DNA of 64,000 nt from Cetorhinus maximus (lineage: Eukaryota): the NCBI RefSeq assembly GCF_964194155.1, contig NC_135890.1:39184001-39248000 (forward strand), given 5' to 3'. Shown here piece by piece: positions 12,405-24,000 of this stretch (positions within the stretch are counted from its first letter, which is position 1; the number at the start of each line of letters is the position of its first letter). The notes beneath the pieces are model-generated. The model made no database searches and was not told where the DNA came from. It was given only the letters and a program-made list of their open reading frames with translations. A program made the translations under genes and the position numbers.

Positions 12405-12510
12405 ATTAAAAAGTGAAAGACACCTTGTAATTAGCACAAAGAATAAGGCGACCAACACACAGACAGCCTGCAGATTTTTTTTTTTAAATACACTGGGGGG
12501 ATTTCAATAC

Positions 12511-14058
12511 CGTTATGGTCCCCGACCTGACTCCTAAATTTTGGTACAATCCCAGAAAAGACCCCCAAATTTTGTCATGATCTGGTTAGGGACTAGTAAC
12601 TTTATTTTGTTAAAGTAGACAAAATTTGAAATTCCAGTTACTAAGAGAATAAAGCCACAAGATTCCACTGTTTTAAACAAAATAAAATTTTACCATGCAG
12701 AAGTCAGCAAAGCAAGCAAACAATCAACTATCTTATACTCTAACATCCAGAATTAACAAGGTAAACATGAAATTGACAGACAAACTGTGGTCAGACACAC
12801 CACGAACTCTACATTAAATACAGACACAACCAAGATAGATTCCACAAATTCCCTCAGCAACCCACCCAGATGTCAGTGAGACACAAAAATTCTTCAAAGT
12901 CTGACTTTGTGAGGTTCAGCTCCTCTTTTGAGAGCATAGCTTCTTATTTCCCTTAATAGTCCCTCCAATTCAAGACTGCCCCAATGGCTGTTTGTCTCCC
13001 AGTTGTTCAAACTCTGAGACTATGGGCAGAATTTTGCCGTCAGCGAGCAGGCGGCGGGCCCACTCGCCGACACGTAAAATGACTTGGGATGACATTGGGT
13101 GGAACCCCCGAAGTCATCCCGGTCCATTTAAATTTTTAGGAAGGCGGGGGCGCAGCAAAATCAGTTGCAGGCCCGCTGACCTGTCAATAGCCAATTGAGG
13201 CCATTGACAGGGTCATTTAAACAATTAAAGGACCTGCCCGTCCAACCTTAAGGTTAGCGGGCAGGCCAAGAGCCCCGGCAGTAATAGATAAAACATGAAA
13301 CCTCATCCACCAGCGGGATGAGGTTTCATGTAGGGTTTTAAAAAGTTTAATAAAATTATGTAAATTATGAACATGTCCCATCTCATAGGGGGACATGTTA
13401 AGGAACTTTTTCTTCTATTTTTCATATTTTTAAAAGTTTCAGTGATCTCCCTGAGGCAGCACTTTGCCTCAGTGAGATGTGCGCTCTTTTGTGCGCGTGC
13501 GTGAAAGAGCACATTCTCACTTTTGGGGAAATCCCCCCCCCCCCAGGAAACGCATAGTGCTTCCCGCCAGACGTCACGCTGGACAGGCCTTAATTGGCCC
13601 GCCCATGTAAAATGGCGGTGGGGCCCGCTTCTTCAGCAGAGATCAGCTCCCCGCTCACCGGGCAGAAAATTCTGCCCTATGTCCCAATGGATTCATAAGG
13701 CTGCGCCCAGCATCTAGTTACCAGCACGATTCCAGCTCTCTTGCTACTGAGTGGAACCCCACTGCTCACAGGCTTTCCTTTGCCCCAACTGCCAGCTTCA
13801 CAGAGCTCTCACTAACACTGGGTCTCTTGAGTTCCCAGGGCTTGAGTCCCAGCCCCCTCAACAGCATGGAGGTAACAGCAGCACTTCAGCTGCATGGAGC
13901 CAACCCCCCTTTTCATCTGTTCCCTACAGGCTGCTGTTCACTCTGCCCCTTGAACTCATCTGTATGTTCTATTAATACCTCCCAATAGGCTCTGCCCCTA
14001 TTCTGAGGCAGGATCCAATGTAACCAGGCTGGGTACATGCTGTACCTTAAATGTTACA
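12511..14058 (-). mobile_element. Solo LTR related to 8034-9037, interrupted by a MITE (right boundary uncertain)
   Basis: 12570-12880 aligns by eye with 8075-8380 (ggttagggac...aaagtagacaaa...gccacaagattccac...tcttatactctaacat...caacccacccaga). Confidence 0.65.
13024..13677. mobile_element. Non-autonomous DNA transposon (MITE), PIF/Harbinger-like
   Basis: TIRs GGGCAGAATTTT...AAAATTCTGCCC, 3-bp TAT duplication (13021-13023, 13678-13680), CpG-rich, no coding capacity seen. Confidence 0.8.
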
Positions 14059-14251
14059 ATCTCCAGTCAAGCAGAGGTCATTCCTACAGGTGCCAACTTA
14101 CAAAAACAGTCCCTCAAAAAATTGATTCCCTCAATAAATGTCATGATTTGAGTTTAGAATACAGTTGAATTGGAACATTTTAGAAGGTTTGTCTTCCAAT
14201 ATTTGTAATTTGAAAAATACAAGAACCTTACTTTAGTATTTGTACTGTCAA

Positions 14252-14646
14252 GTTTATTTTTCCTTTTATATACACAAGTGTGTGCAGTATAACTTGTGTC
14301 TTTTATAGTTTCAATTTATGTATAAAATGTCCTACCATACCTGAGATACTACAGGATCTCAGCACACCAAGTGTATAGTGCTGCATTAAACATTTGACAT
14401 ATGCAACTTTATCTAATCAGTTGAGTTTACGGAAAGTGAGCAGCTGAGTTTGCCATAAATACTTCCAATGCAGTGCACTAAGGGACCTATTTTCTAATAG
14501 TGTGTTCTAACTATCCGGTTAGATTGGTACAGCTTTGATTGTAAGCATTTCAACAAGAAAATCCATACATTGCAAATAGAAATGTGCATCAGGTAACTAA
14601 CACTGGAAAAAGTACACATTCACATTTTAATTTTTTCCCCTTTATT
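14252..14646 (-). terminator. Candidate GTSE1 polyadenylation signals
   Basis: AATAAA on - at 14641-14646 and 14252-14257, downstream of the stop codon at 14922. Confidence 0.45.
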
Positions 14647-14921
14647 CAGTTGATTAGCTTTTCAATTTTTTAAAAATATATAATCACAATAGACAAATTT
14701 CACTACCAGGAAAAATATGGCAAGTGATACAATATGAGATTAACTGTGGTCCAAAGAGACATAGTAATCCGAAAGAATGACACTGACCCATTATTTCAGA
14801 ACATCCATTGACTTAGAAACAAGGAAATACACAGTGAGAACAAAACAGTTTAAAGAACAAGATTAAAGTAATATTACAGCAGTAATATGTATAGTAGCTG
14901 TAGACCATAACAGGACCTTTT

Positions 14922-15008
14922 CTAAAACTTCAGCAAAGGAGAATCCACATTCACATTTTCCTTGTTTTCGGGGCTCAACATAATCAGTGGAGAGCTGAAA
15001 TCTATAAG
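14922..15008 (-). CDS. GTSE1: GTSE1 terminal coding exon
   Basis: ttcag|LIDFSSPLIMLSPENKENVNVDSPLLKF*. Confidence 0.93.
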   Translation of the reverse strand, partial: LIDFSSPLIMLSPENKENVNVDSPLLKF

Positions 15009-18000
15009 CTGAAATAGAATTTTGTTTTACTTTTAGAAAAGGTTGAAGAAAATCTGTCAGCATATAATCTTATAGCACAGAAGGAAGCTGTTCAGCCTGT
15101 CGTGCCTGTGGCAGATCTTTGAAAGAGTTATCCAAGTTAGTCCCTCTCCCCATAGCCCTGCAAATAGTCTTCAAGTACATGTCCATTTAAAAGTTCCTAT
15201 GGAATCTGATTCCACCACTCTTTCAGGTAGTGTTTTCTAGATCTTAGCCCTCCAATGTGAAAAAATAAATTCTCATTTCCCTTATTTGAATTTTGCCAAT
15301 TATTTTAAACCAATGGCCTCTAGTTATTGACCTACATGCAAGAGGAAACAGTTTCTCCCTACTAGCTTTCTCAAAACCCTTCAAATTTTGGATAACTCTA
15401 TTAGGTCATCCCTTAGTCATTTCCACTCCAAAGAGAACAATCACAGCTTCTTCAATTTCTCCACAACACTTGTCAATCCCCTCTTTCTCACCAAGGCCTT
15501 AGTACCCTTCCTAAAATGTGATGCCCAGGATTGTGCTGAGGCCTGACCAGTGATTTGTGAAGGTTTAGCAATACCACCTTGTTTTAGTATTCAGTGCTCC
15601 CCATAACAAAGCCAAGTATCCCATATACTTCTTTAACCAACTTATTAACTTGCTGTGTCTACTTCAAAGGTTGTGAGTATACACACCCAGGTCCCTCTGC
15701 TCTTGCATCCCTCCCTTCAAAATAATACCTCATGTGTCTGCCCAATTCAAGTCTGTGTGCCACCCTGAAATGTTTACAAATGTTGCCAAACTTTGTATCC
15801 AAGTTTTGTATTATTAGCAAACTTTAAAATTGTATTCACCATACCCAAGACTTGGACAGTTATAAAAGTAATGGTCATAATACCAATCTCTGGGGGACCC
15901 AGTGCTAATGTCTCTGGTCAGAAAACAATTTGTTCACCATTATTCTCTGTTTCCTATCCGTTAGCCAATTACATACCCAAGTTACCATCATCCCTTCAAT
16001 CCTACATGCTTATGTTTTGAATAAGTCTGATATGTGGCACTTTATCAAATGCCTTTTAAAACAGTTCATAAATACATTCACCGTACCACCTTTATCAACT
16101 CTTTTGTTACTTAGATTAACCAGACAGGATTTACTTGGCAAATCAGTGCTGGCTGTGATTAATTAACCCATGCTTTTCCAAGTGTCAATTAATTTTGTCC
16201 TTGATGGCGGTCTCTAGCAGCTTTTCTACCAAAGATAGATTGACTATCTTGTTGTTACCAGGTTTCTCTCTCTCCCTTTTTTTGAATTGGGGTGTTATAT
16301 TTTCAATCCTCCAGTTCTCTGGTACCATTCCCATATACGAAAAGGATTGAACAATTGTGTAAAGTGTTTCTGGTATCTCCATTTTTGCTTCCCTCGGCAA
16401 CATATGAGGCATCCCATCTGGACTAGATGACTTGTGAACTTTTGAGTGATGCTAAATAGCACCTCCTTTCTATTTGTTATCCCATCTAATATTGGTTTCC
16501 TCCTCTTCTACTATAACATTAACTTCATCTTATGTGAAGACAGATGCAAAAGCTCAGTGCTCCAGACATGCCCTCTGCCTCCAAAGGTTTCAATCTTCAT
16601 CCCACCACTACTTTAATTATCTTTTCATTTTTGCCTATATAAAAAAGAAATTCTTTTTGTTATCTGCTAACTTCTCATTCTTGTTCCCTATCTTACATCC
16701 AATCTCCCTCTGCATTCAGCCTGGTTTTCTACTGAAGTTGGCTGAGTGAAAGAAAGTAGAGAGTAGTGGTGAACAGTTGTTCTCTCGAACTCCAGGATTG
16801 TACATAAGTGGGGCTCCCCGGGGTTGGTGTTAGGATCACTGCTTTTCTTGATCTACATTAATGATTTGGTGTGCAGGGCACAATTTCAAAATATGCAGCC
16901 AATGCAAAATTTGGAGGAGTTGGTGATCTATTACGAGGAGAGTGACAGAATTCAGGAATACATAGATAGGCTGATGGAAAGGGCAGACATGTAGCAGATG
17001 AAATTTAATGCACAGAAGTGTGAAGTGATACATTTAATGGGAAGAACGAGGAGAGGCAATATAAATTAAAAAGATACAATTCTAAAAGGGTGCAGGAGCA
17101 TATACCTGTGGGCATATGTGCACAAATTATTGAAGGTGGCAGGGCAGGTTGAGAAAGTGGTTAATAAGACAAAGATTCAGACTTTGGGGCAGACAATATA
17201 AAAGCAGGCAAGTTATAGTGAAACTTTATAAAAACACTGGCTCGACCTCAACTGGAATATTGTACCCAATCCTGGTAACCACACTACAGAAGGATGGGAA
17301 GGCTATAGCGGGCACAGAAAAGATTTAACGCAATGCTTCCAGGGATGGGAGATTTCAGTTACATGGATAGATTGGCAAAGCTGGGGCTGCTCCCCTTAAG
17401 GAAGAGAAGGTTGAGAGAAGACTTGATAGAGGTGTTCAAAATTATAAGGAAGCTGGACAGGGGAGATAGGGAGAAACTGTTCCTTTTGACTGAAGGGTTG
17501 ACAGCTAGAGGACACCAATTTAAGATAAATGGCAAAAGAAGCAACAGCAACATGAAGAAAATTTTTTTTTAATGCAGTGAATGGTTAGGATCTGGAATGG
17601 ACAGGGTGGAGGAGGCAGATTCAATCGTGGCTTTCAAAAGGGAATTGGATAATTATCTTAAGAAAAGAGATTTTCAGGGCTATGAAGAAAAGACAGGGGA
17701 GTTTGACTAGCTGAATTGCTTTTGGAGAGCTGGTACAGACAGGACAAAACAGCCTCCTACTATGCTGTAACCATTCTATGCTGTGCCTGAATTTGGTAAA
17801 AGTGGGTATTATAACTTATGTTTCCTTTATCATCTGGGGTTCTAGCTTTGGATGCCCTTTTTTTCCTCCTTATGAGGACATGCTTGGTTTGTATTCGGGC
17901 CTAATGTTGCTCACAAAGCACAAGTCAACACTCTTATTAATTTGCTTATATCACAAGTTAGTGATAACAGATCTTTGTGTTGATTTAGAATTTACCATCA

Positions 18001-21000
18001 AGATAATTCTCTCTAAACCTCTAGTTCATGAAATCCAAATTAATTAAACCAGTCAGTTTAAAAAAGCACAAATAGAATTGTGTTGCCTGGGCTTTGATGG
18101 TCATAGACCATAGTTCAGATACCCCTGGAATATTAAATGTTAAAATTTACAACAGTTTCATACTTGCTAAAGTGAGCTAGCTAACCAAACAAAATAGCTT
18201 ACCGGTTCAGGAGCCTTCATTGGTGCAACCCTCTTTAGGTCAGGAGTATTTGAGAGATCAATAAGTGGGTGGTCTTCAATTTGCTTATTTTTTGTATTAA
18301 CTTCAACTAAGAGATTCTAACGGGGAAAGAACATGGATGAAAAAAGTATGAATGATATTGGTCTATCCAATCAGTGGAAAATTAATTGTTCAGAAAGGCG
18401 GTTACAAAAATTGTTTCATTAAATTTAAAAATAACTAAACACATACAGCAAACAGAACTAGCTACCAATATTTTTGATAGTTGATCAAAATGGAAAATAC
18501 ACTCAGACATTTAAAATTAGGCCAACTTTAAAACCTTTCATTAGAATAGATGTAGTGCCACCTAAATGGGGGTCAGGAGAGAAATCTGAAAATAAATAGA
18601 AACCTTTTAGCTTGGTGAAATTCAAAGAACAATTGTAAACAGTTATCTATGCTGAACACCATTCTGTTCTCAAAGACAGGCTATTATAGGCTATAAATAG
18701 CTTATTTATTCAGTTACATCATCTTCAAGCATCAAAGTAAATTCAAAAGAGTGAACACATGAACCATAGTGCGGTGATTATGTTATTAGACTAGCAATCA
18801 GAGGCCTGGAGTAATAATCCAAAGAAGTGAACAAAAAAAAAGTGGCATAAATTTAAAAAAAGACCATTAAGTTGTTGGATTGCCATAAGACACCAAGTGG
18901 TTCGTTGATATCCTTTAGGAAAGGAACCCTCCAGTCTGGGCTATCTGTGACTCCCACATGAATGTGGTTGACTGCCCTCTGAAGTGGCCAGCATGCCACT
19001 CAAATGTATGCAGCAGATAGTGCAGTAAGGACTAGTTGGGCACAACAAAATACAGGATTCGTAAAACAACTAATGTGATTTAAGAAGGCAGCCACATCCC
19101 ACAAAATAAATGAACACGTCCTTTTAGGTATTATAAGGCTCCTACAAAATTTTAGAATGTGTCACCCAACTCAGTTAATATTGCCCGTCTGGAAGTCAAC
19201 AAAATTTGTGCTACTTCAAAAATTAATTCTAAAATAGAATTTGAAAAAACATAGGAAATTGTTTATCTCTTTGTTTCTCTAAACTAAATGAAGTATTAAA
19301 ACCAGTCCAGTACTGATATTGCTCTCACTTCTCAAAAGGCAAGAGAGTCAGAAGAAAATAGGTAAGGATTTACTGTTAAAGATATAGAATTCTATAAAAT
19401 TATATTTGATAGAGGAGGAAAGAAGAATGAATACATACAAAAAGATGTTAAAACAAATACATTCAGATTCTTTAACTAGTAGCCTTATCAAAGTAGCTTT
19501 AATATTGTAATATTAACTTTACTTGCTTGATCTGTAGTACATTCATACCTCCATGATTTGAGTCTCAGATGTATGCTCTACAGTTTTCACTTGGCATACA
19601 GTCTGTGGTTTATCAGGAGAAAAATCCAGGAAACAAGGAACCAGAGGTGGAGATATCTCTTCTTCAGAGGAATCAGATGAGCAAAGAGCTGGTGGCTTTC
19701 TCGACATTTTCTGTTCACTACTGAAACATAATAGTTAAATAGTAATGGGCTATAAAATGTCTAAAAAGTAAGCATTGAAATTTCACCTCCCCACATCTTC
19801 ATGACAGCTGTCAGGCATGTTCTTACTCAATAGCTGCTTAGCTGCAAATATCCAAAGCCAGTGGATGACTTAATCTGTCAGACTTCTGAATTCAGAGAGT
19901 TTGTTACATTGCTCAATGAACCTAAACAAAAATTAAGTTACTGTCTCCAGTTATACATGGTTGACATTTCAGAAAGCATTTTACATTTATATTCAAAATT
20001 CAATGCAAAACAGCAGAACTGGCTATTAGTCTCAGGTGAAATAGTAATGCCAGTATAATTGCATTATTAGCCTGGTAACGGGACAGGAGATAGTAAGAAA
20101 GTGAAATTCAATCTTTCACCAATACCCATTTTGAAAAAAAATCTCTGAACAGCAGATCGTGCAAGAGTCTGATGCACTTCCTATTGAATAAGATGTGCTT
20201 GAATTTACCAAGATACACAAACATATTTTTTTTTTTTAAAAAGACAACTTTCTTCTGGTTAGCAAAAAATAATGGCTAAATTATGCTATAGAATTTTTAT
20301 TTAAACTCTCAAACAAAATGTTTCTCGCTCACCTTGCTAGAATAGTTCCACTGGCTGATATACTACGGTTTTGATTAGCTATAGCTTGGCGAGATAACGA
20401 CCCAAGTCTTGGTTGTGTTTGTGGAGTGAATGTTGGAATACCCGACCTGCGGCGATTTAATGGTGTGGGTAAAGCAGATAAACGTCTCGTGCCAGGTGTT
20501 ACCGAAGTCAGTCTATTTGGAATGTTAGGTGTTTGCAGCATTCCTCGAATAGGTGGTTTGTTTGGAGTACAAGCCTCTATAATACTGATGAAAAGATTTT
20601 AACATGATATTAGCAATCTATAAACTAAAAGCACATATCTTGAGAATAATCCAATATTTGGAAGAAAACCAAATTTAAAACAAGAAAACATTTCTACAAC
20701 CTCACTTCTATGACATTAGAACCTAGTAAGAACTAGCCACACAGTGCTTCCCATATTTCTTCTCCAAAGGAAAGAAAATATTGATAGAGCTGACCAAAAG
20801 ATGGTTTTAAAGGTTGGCTTTAAGGAAAGTTGTAAAAAGGATGAGGGGGAGATGGATAAGTTTAGGCAGCTAAGCCTAGAGCTGAATGCGCAGGCAATGG
20901 TGGGACAATATTATTTAAATAGAGAGAGATTGCAGAAGTTTGAGGTATGGAGGGATCTGGGTGTCCTGGTACATGAATCACAAAAGGTTGGTATGCAGAT

Positions 21001-24000
21001 ACAGCATGTGATTAGCAAATGGAATGTTGTCATTTATTGCAAGGGAAATAGAATATAGAAGTAGGGAAGTTTTACTATAGTTGTATAGGGTATTGGTGAG
21101 ACCACATCTGGAGTACTGTGTACAGCTTTGATCTCATTTAAGAAAGCATATAAATGTTTTAGAGGCAGTTCAGAGAAGGTTCACTTGATTGATACCTGGG
21201 ATTGGGGGGAGTCGGGGGGTCGGCGGGGTGGGAGGTGGTGCGGGTAGTTATCTTATGAAGAAAGATTGGACAGGCTGAGCCTGTATCTACTGGAATTTAG
21301 AAGAATTACAGGTGATCTTATGGAAACATAAGATCCTGAGGGGGACTTGACAGGTGGATGCTGAAAGGGTGTTTGCCCTTGTGGTAGAGACTGGGGGACA
21401 CAGTTTAAAAATAAGAGGTTGCCCATTTAAGTCAGAGATGAGGAAAATTCTTTTCTGAGGGCTGAGTCTCTATGGAGTTCTCTTCCCCAGGAAGTGGTGG
21501 AGGCAGGGTTATTGAATACTTTTAAGGCAGAGGTAGATAGATTCTTGACTAACAAGTGAGTCAAAGGGTATTGAGAGTAGGTAAGAATATGGAGCTGAGG
21601 CCACAATCAGATCAGCCATGATCTTATTAAATAATGGAGCAGGCTCGAAGAGGCCGAATGGCCTATTCCTGCTCTTAATTCATATGGTCATACAAAGGGG
21701 ATACAGAAGAGGCCAGAATCTACTCAGCTTACTGGGAGGGGGCACTGTTAGAAAGACAAGGGTGGTGCTAAGGCCATGAAGGGGTGTTAAAAACAAGACC
21801 ACAATTTTTAAAAATGGGACAGCAAAGACAGACAGGAATGATGGATGAACACTTAGCATAAGAACAGAGGCAGAATTTTACATTTGTTGATGTTTACAGA
21901 AGATGAAGGAATGCAGACCGGCTGGGAGAGTGTTGAAATTGTTGAGTATAGAGATGAAAAACTAAGGGATGGAACACAGTTGCAGTTGAGTTGAGGCAAG
22001 TACAAAATTGGGGCATTGCTCTGGAGATGGAAGTAGGCAGTTTTTGTGACATAGACAACATCTATAGATCAGCTTGATGTTCCATTTGATCTCTAGAGTG
22101 CAAACAGTATCCAATGGGAAGAATGGGAGGCATGGCAATGGAGTTTGTGGCAGGAATGGAGGACAATACTTTTGATCTTTTAATGTTTAAATGGAGCAAA
22201 TTGTGCCTCAACCAAGAGTGAATGGCAGACAATTTGACAAGACAAGAAAGTGCAACATCAAGAGAGCTTGGGCAGAGGTAGAGCTGAACATTGTCAGTGT
22301 ACATGTACTGAACTGAGGAGGATCATGTCAAACTTCAAAAAGGAGAGACAAGTTGGTGGGATGGACAGACAAGTGCCAGATGCAATTTAATGGAGAGAAG
22401 TTTGGAGCAATTCATTTTTGTAAAAAGAATGCAGACAGACAATATAAACAAGGTACAATTCTAAAACGGATGCAGGAGCAGAAGGACCTGGGTGTATATG
22501 TGCATAAATCAATGAAGGTGGCAGGACAGTTTGAGAGAGCAGTGAATAAATTATAAGGCATCCTAAGCTTTATCATCAGGAGCGTAGAGAGCAAAAGAAA
22601 AGTTATAAAAACAGAATTACCTGGAAAAACTCAGCAGGTTTGGCAGCATCGGCGGAGAAGAAAAGAGTTGACGTTTCGAGTCCTCATGACCCTTCATTCT
22701 AGCATCCGCAGTTTTTTGTTTTTATCTCTGTGGAAGGGTCATGAGGACTCGAAATGTCAACTCTTTTCTTCTCCGCCGATGCTGCCAGACCTGCTGAGTT
22801 TTTCCAGGTAATTCTGTTTTTATTTTGGATTTCCAGCATCCGCAGTTTTTTGTTTTTATCTCTGTGGAAGAGTCATGAGGACTCGAAACGTCAACTCTTT
22901 TCTTCTCCGCCGATGCTGCCAGACCTGCTGAGTTTTTCCAGGTAATTCTGTTTTTGTTTTGGATTTCCAGCATCCGCAGTTTTTTGTTTTTATTTTTGTT
23001 TTTAAAAGAAAAGTTATGTTAAACTTGAATGAAATACTGGTTCAGCCACAACTGAAGTATTGCACTCAGTTCTGGGCACATTTCAGAAAGGATGTGAAGG
23101 CATTAGAGAAGGTGCAGAAAAAAATTCATGAGAATGGTTCCACGGATGAGAAACTTCAGTTACATACCTAGATTAAGAAGTTGGAACAGTTTTCCTTGGA
23201 GAAGCTTGAAAGGAAATTTGATAGAGGTATTCAAAATCAAGGGAGGTCAGGATAGAGCAGATAGGGAGAAACTGTTTCCATTGTTGGAAGGATCAAGAAC
23301 TGGAGGGCACAGACTTAAGGTAACCGGCAAAAGGAACAATAGTGACAAGAGGAACAATTTCTTCATGCAGCAAGTGGTTAGGGTCTGGTATGCACTGCCT
23401 GAGAGAGTGTGGTGGAAGCAGGTTGAGTAGAGGCTTTCAAAAGAGAATTGGATGTGATTTGTAACTTTAGGGCCATTTCACTGTTGTGACAAAGGTGGAA
23501 ACCTGATTGGAGAGGTTCAAAAAAAATGTAATGGGAAAGATGTCCATATATTTGAAAGGCAACAGCACTGACGATTGAGGAAATGAGGTTGGAGGTGGGT
23601 GAGTAGCTTCCAAGGAAGAGGTTAAAGGTGGGCATTTTGAGGAGGATGATGTTGATATCTTTTAAAAAAAGGAAAAAAAATCATGAGAATTGATTCATTG
23701 TAGCAGGGAATCATTTGCTGTGTTAGCTATCATAGGAGCTAGGGATTATCTTTGTTTTGAATGAGGGAGAAAGGAATCACTAGGAGGAACAGCTGGCATG
23801 GGAGAAAAGGGGGGGGTTTTCTGGGTACAAGAACAAAAAAGTGGTCAGCTGAGGCGAATGGATGGCCAAAGGCTAGTCTGGAGTTTAAAGTGCAGTTATA
23901 AGTGATTTGGAGGTGTTTTCTCTTCTCGGCACCCTCTCCCAGGTGAATGCAGGAGGAAGTCGGATTCGAAGAAGATATAGAATATAGGTGTTGAGGAATA

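Noticed and set aside
22722-22973. ORFs of the MLEIQNKN..WKNSAGLAAS type (also 39352-39546 and 63374-63625)
   Set aside because: They are chance translations of the repeated PLE tail, not a gene family.
22607-23003. CRISPR-like appearance of the tandem repeat
   Set aside because: The units are wholly repeated with no unique spacers, the context is eukaryotic and there are no cas genes.
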